Part shown: one piece after another, positions 1-11,502 of the stretch
How positions within the stretch are numbered: position 1 is the stretch's first letter
Layout of the letters: every line of letters starts with the position of its first letter
NCBI RefSeq assembly: GCF_963921235.1
Contig: NC_086100.1
Span: 204,602,001-204,666,000, forward strand
Source of the DNA: Mobula hypostoma
Lineage: Eukaryota
Length of the DNA stretch: 64,000 nucleotides
Reading direction: 5' to 3'
The notes under the pieces: generated by a model
Database searches by the model: none
Told to the model about the DNA's origin: nothing
Seen by the model: the letters and a program-made list of their open reading frames with translations, nothing else
Program-made: the position numbers and the translations under genes

Positions 1-645
1 CCACAGATCCCTGAAAGTTGCCTCACAGGTGGATAGGCTAGTTAAGAAAGCTTGTGGGGTGTTAGTTTTCATAAGTCGAGGGATAGAGTTTAAGAGTCTC
101 GATGTAATGATGCAGCTCTATAAAACTCTGGTTAGGCCACACTTGGAGTACTGTGTCCAGTTCTGGTCACCTCACTATAGGAAGGATGTGGAAGCATTGG
201 AAAGGGTACAGAGGAGATTTACCAGGATTCTGCCTGGTTTAGAAAGTATGCATTATGATCAGAGATTAAGGGAGCTAGGGCTTTACTCTTTGGAGAGAAG
301 CTGGATGAGAGGAGACATGATAGAGGTGTACAAGATAATAAGAGGAATAGATAGTGGATAGCCAGCGCCTCTTCCCCAGGGCACCACTGCTCAAGACATG
401 GCTTTAAGGTAAAGTGTGGGAAATTCAAGGGAAGGTTTTTACTCAGAAAGTGCTTGGTGCGTGGAATGCACTGCCTGGGTCAGTGGTGGAGGCAGATACA
501 CTAGTGAAGTTTAAGAGACTACTAGCCAGGTATATGGAGGAATTTAAGGTGGGGGCTTATATGGGAGGCAGGGTTTGAGGGTCGGCACAACATTGTGGGC
601 CGAAGGGCCTGTACTGTACTGTACTATTCTATGTACTATGTACTC
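1..645 (+). mobile_element. CR1 LINE 3' fragment (ORF2 C-terminus, 3' UTR, microsatellite tail)
   Basis: ORF 29..361 has the CR1 ORF2 C-terminal motifs LYKTLVRPHLEYCVQFWSP and LERVQRRFTR; the element ends in a (tatgtac/tattc) tail near 611-645. Confidence 0.93.
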
Positions 646-1141
646 CCTCCACCACTACCTTCTGCAGGCAAGCCAATTCTGAATCCACTTGGCTAAACTT
701 CCCTGGATCCCATGCCTTCTTACTTTCTAAATAAGTCTACCATACGGAACCTTGTCAAATGCCTTACTAAAATCTATATAGATCACATCCACTGCACTAC
801 CCTCATCTATATGCCTGGTCACCTCCTCAAAGAACTCTATCAGGCTTGTTAGACACGATCTGCCCTTCACAAAGCCATGCTGACTGTCCCTGATCAGACC
901 ATGATTCTCTAAATGTCTATAGATCCTATCTAAGAATCTTTTCCAACAGCTTTCCCACCACAGACGTAATGCTCACTGGTCTATAATTACCCGGACTATC
1001 GCTACTACGTTTTTTTTGAACAAGCGAGATTATTCGCCTACCTCCAGTCCTCCGGCACCATTCCCGTGGACAACGAGGGCATAAAGATCCTAGCCAGAGG
1101 CTCTGCAATCTCTTCGTGAAGCAGCCTGGGGAATATTCCAT
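641..1141 (-). mobile_element. CR1 LINE RT fragment
   Basis: Minus strand encodes PGNYRPVSITSVVGKLLEKIL, SQHGFVKG and [10 protein letters not shown]; closely similar to 26680-27190. Confidence 0.9.
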
Positions 1142-1156
1142 CTCACCTGCCCGCTC

Positions 1157-3354
1157 TCAATGATATAACTCACGAAGCTGACCGAAGGAACGTGGAACTC
1201 CCATTACAACCATTTCTCCCATTTCTAAATAGTTACTGTTTAGGCCTCTAATCAATACAAAGACGAAGCCGTCCTTCTTTTCTACCAGGGAGGAAAACGG
1301 TCTGATAATTCCCGCCGCGATGGACTCGCTAATGTACTTCTCCATGGCCTCTCTCTCCGGTCCGGATAGGTTAAAATGGCGACTGGTGGGTAGCGAGGCC
1401 CCGGAGAGAAGGTAGATGGCACAATCATATGGGGGGGGGGGGCGCGGAGGCAGGGAAAGGATCCGTTGTTTACTGAATACCTGTGTCATGGTATTCTGTG
1501 GGGACTCGGGGCAAATCGAGGGGTTCTGGGACAGGCGGGGTTGCGGTAGCTTCCCTGGGAGATGGGGCTGATCGCAGACAGTTGGCGTGGCAGGACTGGC
1601 TGCATTCGGCTATCCTCCCGGTAGACCAGTCGATGTGGGGATTATGTTGGGTCAGCCATGGATACGCGAGAACTACCGGGACTTGAGGTGAATGAATGAG
1701 ACTGAATCGTACCTCCTCCCGATGGTTGTCGGATAGGATCAAGGCTAGGGGCGGCGTACAGTGGGTCACCCGAGCCAGCAGTTTTCCGTCCAGGGCCCGG
1801 GCCTCCAGAGGGTTGGTTAGCGGCTCGCGAGGTATTCCAGCCTGGGAGGCTATGTCTTCGTCCAGCAGATTGCCCTCAGCACCAAAGCGGATATGGACAG
1901 GGACTGTCGTTGGTAATTCACGATAGCCGGGATCTGCATCCGAGTCTGGGGGGCTGAAGGGAGTATCTTCCGGCTCACTGGGACCCCCTTTTCACTGGTG
2001 AGCCTTCCCTTTTGGCCGCTGAGGGCAGGTATCCCGGAAATGTCCTGGCTGGCCGCAATAGGAGCAATCCCCAGCTCTCCACCTCCAAATTCCTTCGGCC
2101 GGGGAGAGACGATTCCGTCCCAGCTACATCGGTTCCTCCTCCAGGGTGGTGGGGACGGTCGGAACAGGAGCTACACTTGGAGTGGCTGGGGAAGGGAGGC
2201 TGGCTGAGACTGGCAAGGTGGACCGTGGGCTTCCCAGAGGAGCAAGGGTGAATGGTTCTTTCTCAGCCGCTCTTGAAGTCGACTATCTAATCTAGTGGTT
2301 AGCGAGATTAGAGAGTCCGGACAGACCGGGATGTCCCTCGTTGCCAGTTCATCCTTTATCTTGTCCAGGAGACTCTGTCGATACACCTCCCGTAGGGCAT
2401 CGTCATTCCACCCTGAGTTTGCGGCTAAGGTCCGGAACTCGATGGAATACCTTGCTATGCTTCGCGAACCCTGACAAAGAGTCAGCAAGCGTTTAGCGGC
2501 GTCCTTACCATGAATGGGTTGTTCAAAGACGTTTCTCATCTCAGCAACAAAGGAGGGGAAGGAGGAACAAACCTCTGGTTGCTTATCCCATATCGCGTTT
2601 GCCCAAGCCACCGTAACCGCCCCCATGATGTACGCAATCTTGGATTTATCTGAAGTGGAGGTACGTGGCTCTAACTCAAAGACCAGAGAGCATTGTAACA
2701 GGAAGGCCCGGCACCTCCCTAGGTCCCCAGCGTAGGGTTCGGGCTCGGGTATGTATGGCTCTCGAGGGGACAGTGTTGCTGATCCCAGGGGCGACACCAT
2801 CCCGAGCGGTGCGGTTTGGGTAGCCGGGGTTCTTGGAGGGGACGGAGAAAGGGAAGCGGAAACTCGGTCCACCTGCTCACTGACCTTTCGTACATTCCTG
2901 GACAGCGTCCGAAGGTTTTCCGTGATCTCCCTAAGTAGTTGGTCGTGGGCGCCCAGTAGTTAGCCCTATTATGGCCAGTTCGTTCTGTTACACGGGTGTG
3001 GCTGTGGACGAACTCAAGTGCAGAGCACGGGCGCGGAGGCAGAGTCGGGAGGCGTTCTTGCCGTAGCGAGCGTGGAATCGGTTTCCAGGAGAGTCTTTAC
3101 CCGAGGTCTTCGGTTTGGAGAGAATCCAGGAGCAATGCTAGACTTAGAACTGACAGCGCGAAGAACCATGAGATGAGGTTACTCGCACCGGAGTCGACCA
3201 ACGAACTGGCAGTTCCTTGTTGTGATCACAGGGTCTTTATCCTGCATTTTCTGATGGAAAGCAGGTGTGTGTAGTTAGTGGAACCTGGGAATGATTGGAA
3301 ATTAAACGAAGGGTTAAATAGTAAGGAGGGGGATTGCCAGAAGGTACCATGACA
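1157..3354 (-). mobile_element. Tf1/sushi-type Gypsy LTR retrotransposon remnant (5' LTR, gag, protease region, RT start; 3'-truncated)
   Basis: Gag 2171..2872 is PEG10/RTL1/sushi-like (CRAFLLQC, KIAYI, QGSRSI..YSIEFRTLAA.SGWN); CCHC knuckle CSYCGQPGHFRDTC at 2066-2025; protease-region motif VVLAYPWLTQHNPHIDW; RT start YDCAI.LL...GIIRP. Confidence 0.92.
2986..3354 (-). repeat. 5' LTR of the sushi-type element
   Basis: TGTCA...TAACA termini on the minus strand, immediately followed by a PBS-position sequence and gag; no second LTR in the window to confirm the boundaries. Confidence 0.75.
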
Positions 3355-4683
3355 ACATGAGGCCTAGAATACCAGCAGACTGAGACCTAGGTATACAAAT
3401 TTAGAAGGATGGGTTGTTATCAGGAGAAACAGGTTCGGAGGGGAAAAGACGCTCTTCTTCCTTCACCCAGGAGTGTTTAATAATCTGTAATTTGTTTCCC
3501 GATCAATTGGCGAATACAGACAGTTCCACTGAATTTCGGGACAGTCAACATGAGCACTTGGAAAGGGAAGACGCATAGGGCTCGTGACCGAATGAAATAT
3601 TTGTGAATACTTTAGTTTGACACAGTATCATGAATTTGTGATATCCAAGCAAAGGGTCCGGGCTCACACTGCTCTGGGGAAAATGCCTGCTGGAATGCTT
3701 CCCCGCCCCGTAGCGGTCAGGATGTTTCACATTTGCTCCGTGATACCCCGCGGGCGGTTTGGAATTGGATTTTTTTTTACTGTTGTCCGTAAAGCAGTGA
3801 AATGAATGTTTATTGAAAAGATTGTTACGCATACTATTCATGCAGACAAATCATTATATAGTGCATTGAAGTAAAACAACGGCGACACAGAATAAGGTGT
3901 AAAAACTACAGGTGAACAGTAAAGCACAATACTACAACAAGATTTATTGTGTGGTCGTTTCAGTCGTATCCGCTCTACTCTCGCCGCAACAAGAGAGAGA
4001 ACCGTAAAAGGGGTCAACTCGCTGTAAGCACCTACAGGGAGAGTGAAGGGAAGGAAGAGAAGGTGGAAAGTGAATTCTAGTGGAGTGGAGTGGGAAAGCG
4101 GGTTATTGGGACTGCGGGATGAAAGAGAATCATGAATGAAGCCGGGAGCCGATAGCTGGAAGACGTGCAGATGAGGAAGCGGAATCTGAAAGGACAGAAA
4201 CCCATGGAATCAAATAAAGAGTTTTGATGCTGGTCGGCAAGTCATGAGGGCGTGGGTGGCGAGAAAGCGCGAGAAGCTCACCTGACTGAGAGGAAAGAGA
4301 AAGGAGAGCTTTGAGAAAATCGACGAGATTGTTTACCGGCGGCAAGAGAAAGGGATGTTCTGTAGACAACAAAAGTCACTGTGGGCCGGCTGTTGTAGGC
4401 CGAATCCTGTCAAAATGTGAAGTTTCAACTTCTCAGTAACAGGCTGCTGTGTGCAACGACTGTATTTAAGTTTACTCATCAGAAATTTGACCTTTGCATC
4501 CGGAGCATTAAACTTTATTAAAAATAAAAGTTTATTTACAACACGCGGACACAAGACAATCAATATTTGCAAGACAGTAACTACACCCAAAATTACTGTA
4601 TGATTGCTGCCGTCTATAAAACAGTCAATCCGGCGTCGTGACCACCGCTCACGGAAATCCCTCAATGTGCCCGCAACGAATAA

Positions 4684-5664
4684 TAATATATTAATGATTT
4701 AGATGAGGGAATTAAAAGTAACATTAGCGAATTTGCCGATGACACAAAGCTGGGTGGCAGTGTGAAATGTGATGTTATGAGAATGCAGGGTGACTTGGAC
4801 AGGCTGGGTGAGTGGGCAGATGCATGGCAGATGCAGCTTAATGTGGATAAATGTGAGGTTATCCACTTTGGTGGTAAGAACGGGAAGGCAGATTATTATC
4901 TAAATGGAGTCAAGTTAAGAAAAGAGGAAGTACAATGAGATCTAGGTGTTCTTGTACATCAGTCACTGAAAGGAAGCACGCACGTACAACAGGCAGTGAA
5001 GAAAGCTAATGGCATGCTGGCCTTCATAACAAGGGGAATTGAGTATAAGAGCAAAGAGGTCCTTCTGCAGTTGTACAGAGGCCCTGGTGAGACCACACCT
5101 GGTGTACTGTGTGCAGTTTTGGTCTCCAAATTTGAGGAAGGACATTCTTGCTATTGAGGGAGTGCAGCGTAGGTTCACAAGGTTAATTCCCAGGATGGCG
5201 GGACTGTCATATGTTGAAAGATTGGAGCGACTTGGCTTGTATACTCTGGAATTTAGAAAGCAGAGAGGGGATCTTATTGAAACATATAAGATTATATAGG
5301 GATTGGACACGCTGGAGGCAGGAAGCATGTTCCCGCTGATGGGTGAGTCCAGAACCAGAGGCCACAGTTTAAGAATAGGGGGTAGGCCATTTAGAACGGA
5401 GTTGAGGAAACACTTTTTCACCCAGAGAGTGGTGGATATATGGAATGCTCTGTCCCAGAAGGCTGTGGAGGCCAAGTCTCTGGATGCTTTCAAGAAAGAG
5501 ATGGATAGAGCTCTTAAAGACAGTGGAGTCGAGGGATATGGGGAGAAGGCAGGAACTGGATACTGATTGTGGATGATCAGCCATGATCACAGTGAATGGC
5601 GGGGCTGGCTCGAAGGGCCGAATGGCCTACTCCTGCACCTATTGTCTATTGTCTATTGTCTATA
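4684..5664 (+). mobile_element. CR1 LINE 3' fragment
   Basis: FADDTKLGG RT motif, ORFs 5039..5299 and 5303..5566, (attgtct)n tail at 5641-5664. Confidence 0.93.
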
Positions 5665-5671
5665 AATTGGA

Positions 5672-5940
5672 CGTTACCTAGACCTTAGATATTACTCCTC
5701 CAGCCTGTGAGTGGCCTCATGGTGGCGCAAGACGAGCCCATAGACCGACATGTCGGCTCAGGATAGGGATAGGAATTGAAATGTTTGGCCACAGGGAAAT
5801 TTCGCTGATGGACACCAGGTGCTCGAAGAAGCGTTAATTAATTTGAAGAAGTGTCTAGGCCAGAAACGTCGCGTGTTTGTTCATTTCCATAGATGCTGCC
5901 TAATCTGTTGAATTCTTTCAGCGTTTTGTGTCTGCTGCAA
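5672..5940. mobile_element. Highly decayed Penelope-like element fragments
   Basis: 5672-5830 resembles the GIY-YIG C-terminal DNA at 33940-34115; 5845-5940 resembles the PLE terminus (gaaacgtc...gatgctgcc). Confidence 0.6.
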
Positions 5941-6360
5941 TTAAGTTTGTTAATGGTTTACATGTGTTCTATACCTACTTCAGCCTGGATGCGATATTAG
6001 TTTAAGTCTCGTCGCTATATTGCAGAAACGTACAAAAACATTTTTTTTAATAATTCAATTGCAAGGTCCATAACCGAGACGATTTCCTCAGTGAACAGAG
6101 CAGCCCAATAACGGTTCACAATTGCTCAATGACGACAAAATCTATGCAGCCAAGGAATAGACATCACATGATCAACAATAACAATCCTGAAAACGAGAGG
6201 TGACCCTGAGAGCGTTTGGTAACAACATTCGCTGATTGCTAGAATCGTTGTTTCTTTGTCCTTGAGATTTTACAATTCCTATCAACCTATCAATACCTCA
6301 TCATAATTGCGACTTTAGTTGAATTACATCATATTTGTTTTTACTCCAGCCGTTGGAAGG

Positions 6361-6412
6361 CACGTCAGTCTTGTGCAATACTGAATATTCAGTGTTCTGG
6401 AGCGAGTATAAA
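6361..6412 (+). promoter_or_regulatory. Putative proximal promoter of the GPCR gene (TATAAA 6407-6412, C/EBP-like TTGTGCAAT 6371-6379, CRE-like CACGTCA 6361-6367)
   Basis: Motif matches 80-135 bp upstream of the ATG at 6495; position and consensus only. Confidence 0.45.
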
Positions 6413-6494
6413 GAATGAACGCGGCGATTCATCAGCTCAGAGTTTCTTCAGCGAGATGGCGCGCAGCTGGAAGACAGGCTGAATCTCACACCGA

Positions 6495-8599
6495 ATGCCA
6501 TACACAGAAATATTTTACCGCGTGAGAGCGATATGGTACACGATCACTGCCGTCATCGGTTTTCCTGGTAAGAGCATATACCAACTAACGATTGTGGTTT
6601 TGTGTGCGCGGTCTGTGAACTCGTTCAGTTACCGACAGCGTTGTGATGCCGGTGTATCAATAAGTGCGGTGCAGACGTTGTGACAAATCTCTGCGTTCGA
6701 TCCGAAGTTTCCTTGCTGTTTAATCCGTGCCCTCAACTGAAAATCACCTGGCGGTTGAAATAGATGCAGTATGGAAGATCGGAGATATGATTCCTGCAGG
6801 CTTCGAAGTGAACTCCGATAATCCAGCGCTTCTGCGCCGTTACGGCCTATTGGTGTTACTCTGTATCAATAGAGCAACATGATCTAAATTCAAATTTAAA
6901 TTATTGCGCAGTGTTTTCAGACATTGCTGCAAGTTTGATGGGAATGCAGGAAGCGGATCGCCGGTGAGATTCAGCGAGGAGAAGTAGACATATCTTGTGA
7001 TACACTCACAATGAAAAAGTGTGCAGATGACGTTACGGTAAGTCCGTCTCGGCCGGAAGTGTCGACTTTACTTTGTTCCGTTGATGCTGCCTGGCCTGCT
7101 GAATTCCTCCAGCATGTTGTGCGTGTTGCTTAGATTTTCAGCATCTGCAGACTTTATCTTGTTTGTGATTGGATTACATCACTTGCGAGTTAGACTCCGA
7201 AACATCAGGAGTTTCCAAAATTCAAATAAGGTTCTGTGTGCGTTTTCGTGTACCAGGCTCTCTTCCCACATAAAGTGAAGCGAGCCTTAAGTGCCAACTC
7301 AGTGGTGTCAGTTGCAGATGAGGCGGGGTAATCAGAGTGGGGATACTCCACTCTAGAACAATAAGCATTGACTAATTTAGAATAATCCTGCAGCAATCTG
7401 GAAACAAAACTAAAAGAGACAGATGTCTTGAAGTACCCATTTTGCCTTTCTTTTGGAAATTGGATAGTTTAAGCACTCAAGGGTCAAATAGCGGAAAATT
7501 CAGCGGGTCAGGCAGAATCTTTCAAAGCAAAAGCTGAAATTCTCTGACCGGATACCTTCGGTTGTGTGCAGTAACGGCGGATTTACGTTGATTTCCCCAA
7601 AACGCCCCAGGCGATCAGTTGTCAATGCCTCCTGACCAAACCATGACCGTCTTCCAGTACCCTTTCACCCAGCACGTACGTGTGCGTGGCTTCTTCCACT
7701 CCCGCTCTACACATTTTAAACTTTCAAAAATAAGTGTCTGCAAAGTTTGATTATTGTCAATTACCAGCTTATTTCTGTCCTGAGACGTAGCGAGCGTCGG
7801 CAGAGTAATTAACGTTCCTTTTACTGTTTTTCCAGTGAATTTAGTGGTGATTGCTATCTTGATCTGGGGCAAGTATGACCTCTTCACCTGCATCACTCGC
7901 TATCTGGTGGCCATGGCAACGGCTGATCTACAAACCGTCATCTTTCATGTTAAATTCTGGCGGGCCAGTTATTATTACTTCCCGGGGACTTTCCTGGACA
8001 TCACCCCCGTGTGCAGTGTGATCTCTGCCCTGGGAGAGGCAGCCACAGACTGTTCTGTCTGGTTCACCGTCACTTTTACTTCGCATCGGTGTGTCGCCAT
8101 TTGTTGCCAGAAGCGGAAAGCAAAGTATTGCACCTGGAAAACTGCGTCTGTGGTTCTGATAACAACCTGTGTTCTGTTCTGTTTTAAAATGTTAATACTG
8201 CCCTTCGACACTCTGACAGTCAGACACATTTTAGTGACCAATCGCGTCCGTAAGGGGCTGGGGGGTCAGAGCAAGGCGGAGGACCGCAGTGACCCGGAGA
8301 TGGAGAGCAGGAGGAGGTCTGTGATCTCACTTTTCACCATCTCCTGGAAATGCATCATCCTGTGGTCGGTGATTGTTGCCTAATTCCTTTATTACATCAT
8401 TGCTGGACTGCATCCAAATAATTACAACGATTCGTAATACATACTTCAACACTCTGGATAATTGCTGATGATATTAATATGCTGCACAAGCACTTTTATT
8501 CCTGGGCTAACTCAGTCCAAGTTCAGAGAGCAGTTCATCAGCGCAATGAAATATCCGCTTACGTCAATTATTCAACTAAATATTAAACAAATTATCTAA
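6495..8599 (+). pseudogene. Two-exon class A GPCR pseudogene, GPR139/GPR142-like (exon 1 6495-6567, intron 6568-7835, exon 2 7836-8599)
   Basis: Phase-1 GT..AG splice gives ...AVIGFP-V-NLVVIAIL; family-type segments RYLVAMATADL, DITPVCS, DCSVWFTV, VAICCQK, DPEMESRRRS, CCTSTFI...QSKFREQF. Disabled by in-frame TAA at 8381, 8435 and 8459, DRY-type motif changed to HRC, and ECL2 plus part of TM5 missing near 8190. Confidence 0.88.
7045..7170 (+). mobile_element. Decayed PLE terminal repeat in the GPCR intron
   Basis: gtctcggcc..gtcgact..gatgctgcctggcctgctg..cagcatctgcaga matches the PLE terminus at 62035-62170 (reverse complement). Confidence 0.65.
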
Positions 8600-8805
8600 C
8601 CTATTCTCCGAGGCCATCGCTGTGTTTTCACCTAGACACTACAGAACTGTCGTCAACGGACACCGCGACACCGGGGAGAATTAAACTTGTTTGGAGCCCA
8701 GAGAGTCACAGCACCATTCGGCACGCGCAGCCCACCATCTCCACGTTCTACCAATTAGTAATCTCATCCTACCAGTTATTTTCATTTTTTTCACCAAATT
8801 CCCGC

Positions 8806-9806
8806 TGTCGTCTCCAGTGGTGTCCCACAAGGATTTCTTCTGGGACCTCTACTTCTTGTGATTTTTATTAACGACCTGGATGTAGGGGTAGAAGTGTGGG
8901 TTGGCAAGTTTGCAGACGACACAGCGATTGGTGGTGTTGTAGATGGTGTAGTGCATTGTCGAAGATTGCAGAGAGACATTGATAGGATGCAGAAGTGGGC
9001 TGAGAAGTGGCAGATGGAGTTCAACCCGGAGAAGTGTGAGGTGGTACACTTTGGAAGGACAAACTCCAAGGCAGAGTACAAAGTAAATGGCAGGATACTT
9101 GGTAGTGTGGAGGAGCAGAGGGATCTGGGGGTACATGCCCACAGATCCCTGAAAGTTGCCTCACAGATAGATAGGGTAGTTAAGGAAGTTTATGGGGTGT
9201 TAGCTTTCATAAGTCGAGGGATAGAGTTTAAGAGTCTCGATGTAATGATGCAGCTCTATAAAATGGTTAGGCCAGACTTGGAGTACTGTGTCCATTTCTG
9301 GTCGCCTCACTGTAGGAAGGATGTGGAAGCATTGGAAAGGGTACAGAGGAGATTTACCAGGATTCTGCCTGGTTTAGAAAGTATGCATTATGATCAGAGA
9401 TTAAGGGAGCTAGGGCTTTACTCTTTGGAGAGAAGGAGAATGAGAGGAGACATGATAGAGGTGTACAAGATAATAAGCGGAATAGATAGAGTGGATAGGC
9501 AGCACCTCTTCCCCAGGGCACCACTGCTCAATACAAGAGGACATGGCTTTAAGGTAAGGGGTGGGAAGTTCAAGGGGGATATTAGAGGAAGGTTTTTTAC
9601 TCAGAGAGTGGTTGGTGCGTGGAATGCACTGCCTGAGTCAGTAGTGGAGGCAGATACACTAGTGAAGTTTAAGAGACTACTAGACAGGTATATGGAGGAA
9701 TTTAAGTTGGGCGGTTATGTGGGAGGCAGGGTTTGAGGGTCGGCACAACATTGTGGGCCGAAGGGCCTGTACTGTGCGGTACTATTCTATGTTCTATGTT
9801 CTATGT
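8806..9806 (+). mobile_element. CR1 LINE 3' fragment with open ORF2 C-terminus
   Basis: ORF 8858..9736 (KFADDT, WQMEFNPEKC); (ttctatg)n tail. Confidence 0.95.
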
Positions 9807-10802
9807 CTCCGCCGCACCCCTTTCGATAATGATAGAACGGGTCTGGATTGAAGGATATCCAAGAACAAATCTGTAGAAATGTAAAGTCATTCGTTATTTT
9901 AGTCTTTTGCATCAGAATGAAAAGAAAAAGAAAGTCAACAGTCCACAGTAAACTTGCACTTCAGCTTCGGATTAGAAGAACCTGTTTTGGAGAAATCTTT
10001 AACAGACCAGCACTCGTGCATTCTGTTCATAATTCTGCAAATTTCTGTGGAAAACTCCAATGCCGACTCTGCTTCAAGGAAGGAATGTCATATCACTTCC
10101 TTATTTCTATTAAATTTCTTTCCGAGCAAACAGCATGTTGCATCTCCTCTGCGTTCACTCCAGTACAATCGGATGCTAATTATTATTACTTTTTTCCCCA
10201 GCCAAAACTGGTAAAACCTGAAGTACATCGACAGACGCAGTTGCTTCTCAATTATTATTCACTTCGGGACTATTCCAGTGGTGTTTATTATTGTGGCTGT
10301 CTGGAGATTTAAGTAAATGGTGCCGGGAAGGCCAAATTGTTTAATGCTACTGTGAAGTGACTTTGGGATGATACCAGTTATACATATTACTGTTTGGACA
10401 ATGTAAACCCTGTTCCTGAAACAGAATCTTTCAATTTCATTTTTAATGTCATCATATTTCTGTTGTTTTTCGCGTATTGATCTCTGTATGTTATGTGTGC
10501 TTGGGATGGCAATATCTATTATGTATGATGTGTTTGCTTGTTTATTCTATAATATTAGTTACGGACGGGCATCAGTTATCGCCCTATCTCTAATAATGGA
10601 TCGGTGGTAATATAATTGTAGGACACTGAACCTCAAATTTGTCAGAAAGTATTTTTAGTCATCTTTAGTACCTTTCATGAGTTCGTATTTTAAATCAAGA
10701 TTTTGGTGAATAATGCTTGCCACTAGCAGGTCGCTGTGTAAGTAACTAGATTGAAATAAACTGTTGCAGGATCTTGGAATGTATTGAATAGTTTCTTGTT
10801 TC

Positions 10803-11502
10803 TGTGCCCCCCCTCCCCCCCCCCCGGGCCATCAGGGTCGCTCGGCTCGCTGTCGTCTAGGGAAACAGCCTCGGTCCCGGCAAACTGGGTAATTCGTTTG
10901 TGTGGATGCTGTGTGAGGTACCCCACCCCGCCCAAACAACAGACAATACACCAGATGCAATTAAATGATTTACAGTTTACAGATATTACTGGAACTATAT
11001 AATTAAAATAGAATAAAATATAAAAGGAAAATAAAAGGCGCCACACTAATCAAAGTTCAATCTCTTCGTGCACAAACAGTTGGAGCTCAGGACCCTTCTT
11101 CTTCACCCTGCGACCCCTCGGACCACCTCGATCGGCCGCCTGGGACCAACAACGGTGGTCGACCAGACGCTCCACACGAGTCCGTCTCCGTCTCCTCGCC
11201 AAACGTCCCGCTCGGGGTCCGACCCCCTTAGCGGACTCACAGCACCTCGTCCATCCTCTGTCTCACTCTCCCGCCTTCTGCCCCAAAACCCTGCGCATAC
11301 AGTATCTTCAAATACACCAAAACGATAACAACTATCCCAATTGGTTAATAGCAGTCTCTTATCACCCTCTAAACCAAAATAAGCTGCTAGCGCAAACTTT
11401 CTCAGCGTTTAACACAACAAAGCCGCATTCCCCAGATTAACATAACAAAGACGCCATTTTAATTAGCCTCCGCAGTAATATAAAAGTCGAAACCCCCTTA
11501 CA
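10803..11502 (-). mobile_element. Solo LTR related to the LTRs of the Gypsy element at 29195-33380
   Basis: Reverse-complement similarity to 32665-33380 along its length; TG..CA termini; 4-bp TSD TTTC at 10799-10802 and 11503-11506. Confidence 0.9.

Noticed and set aside
2171..2872. Domesticated PEG10/RTL1-like gene
   Set aside because: Has an LTR and PBS, is frameshifted before the zinc knuckle and is truncated in RT; an ordinary retrotransposon relic
3943..4440. Possible minus-strand spliced unit (donor GTGAG near 4281, acceptor near 4033, AATAAA near 3948) with a CC-containing frame
   Set aside because: No start codon or signal peptide and no full cysteine motif; splice-like sites alone are insufficient
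9848..10312. ORF ending SSGVYYCGC, resembling an Ig/TCR V-domain YYC motif
   Set aside because: No correctly spaced first Cys and Trp, no leader exon and no CACAGTG recombination signal downstream; likely chance
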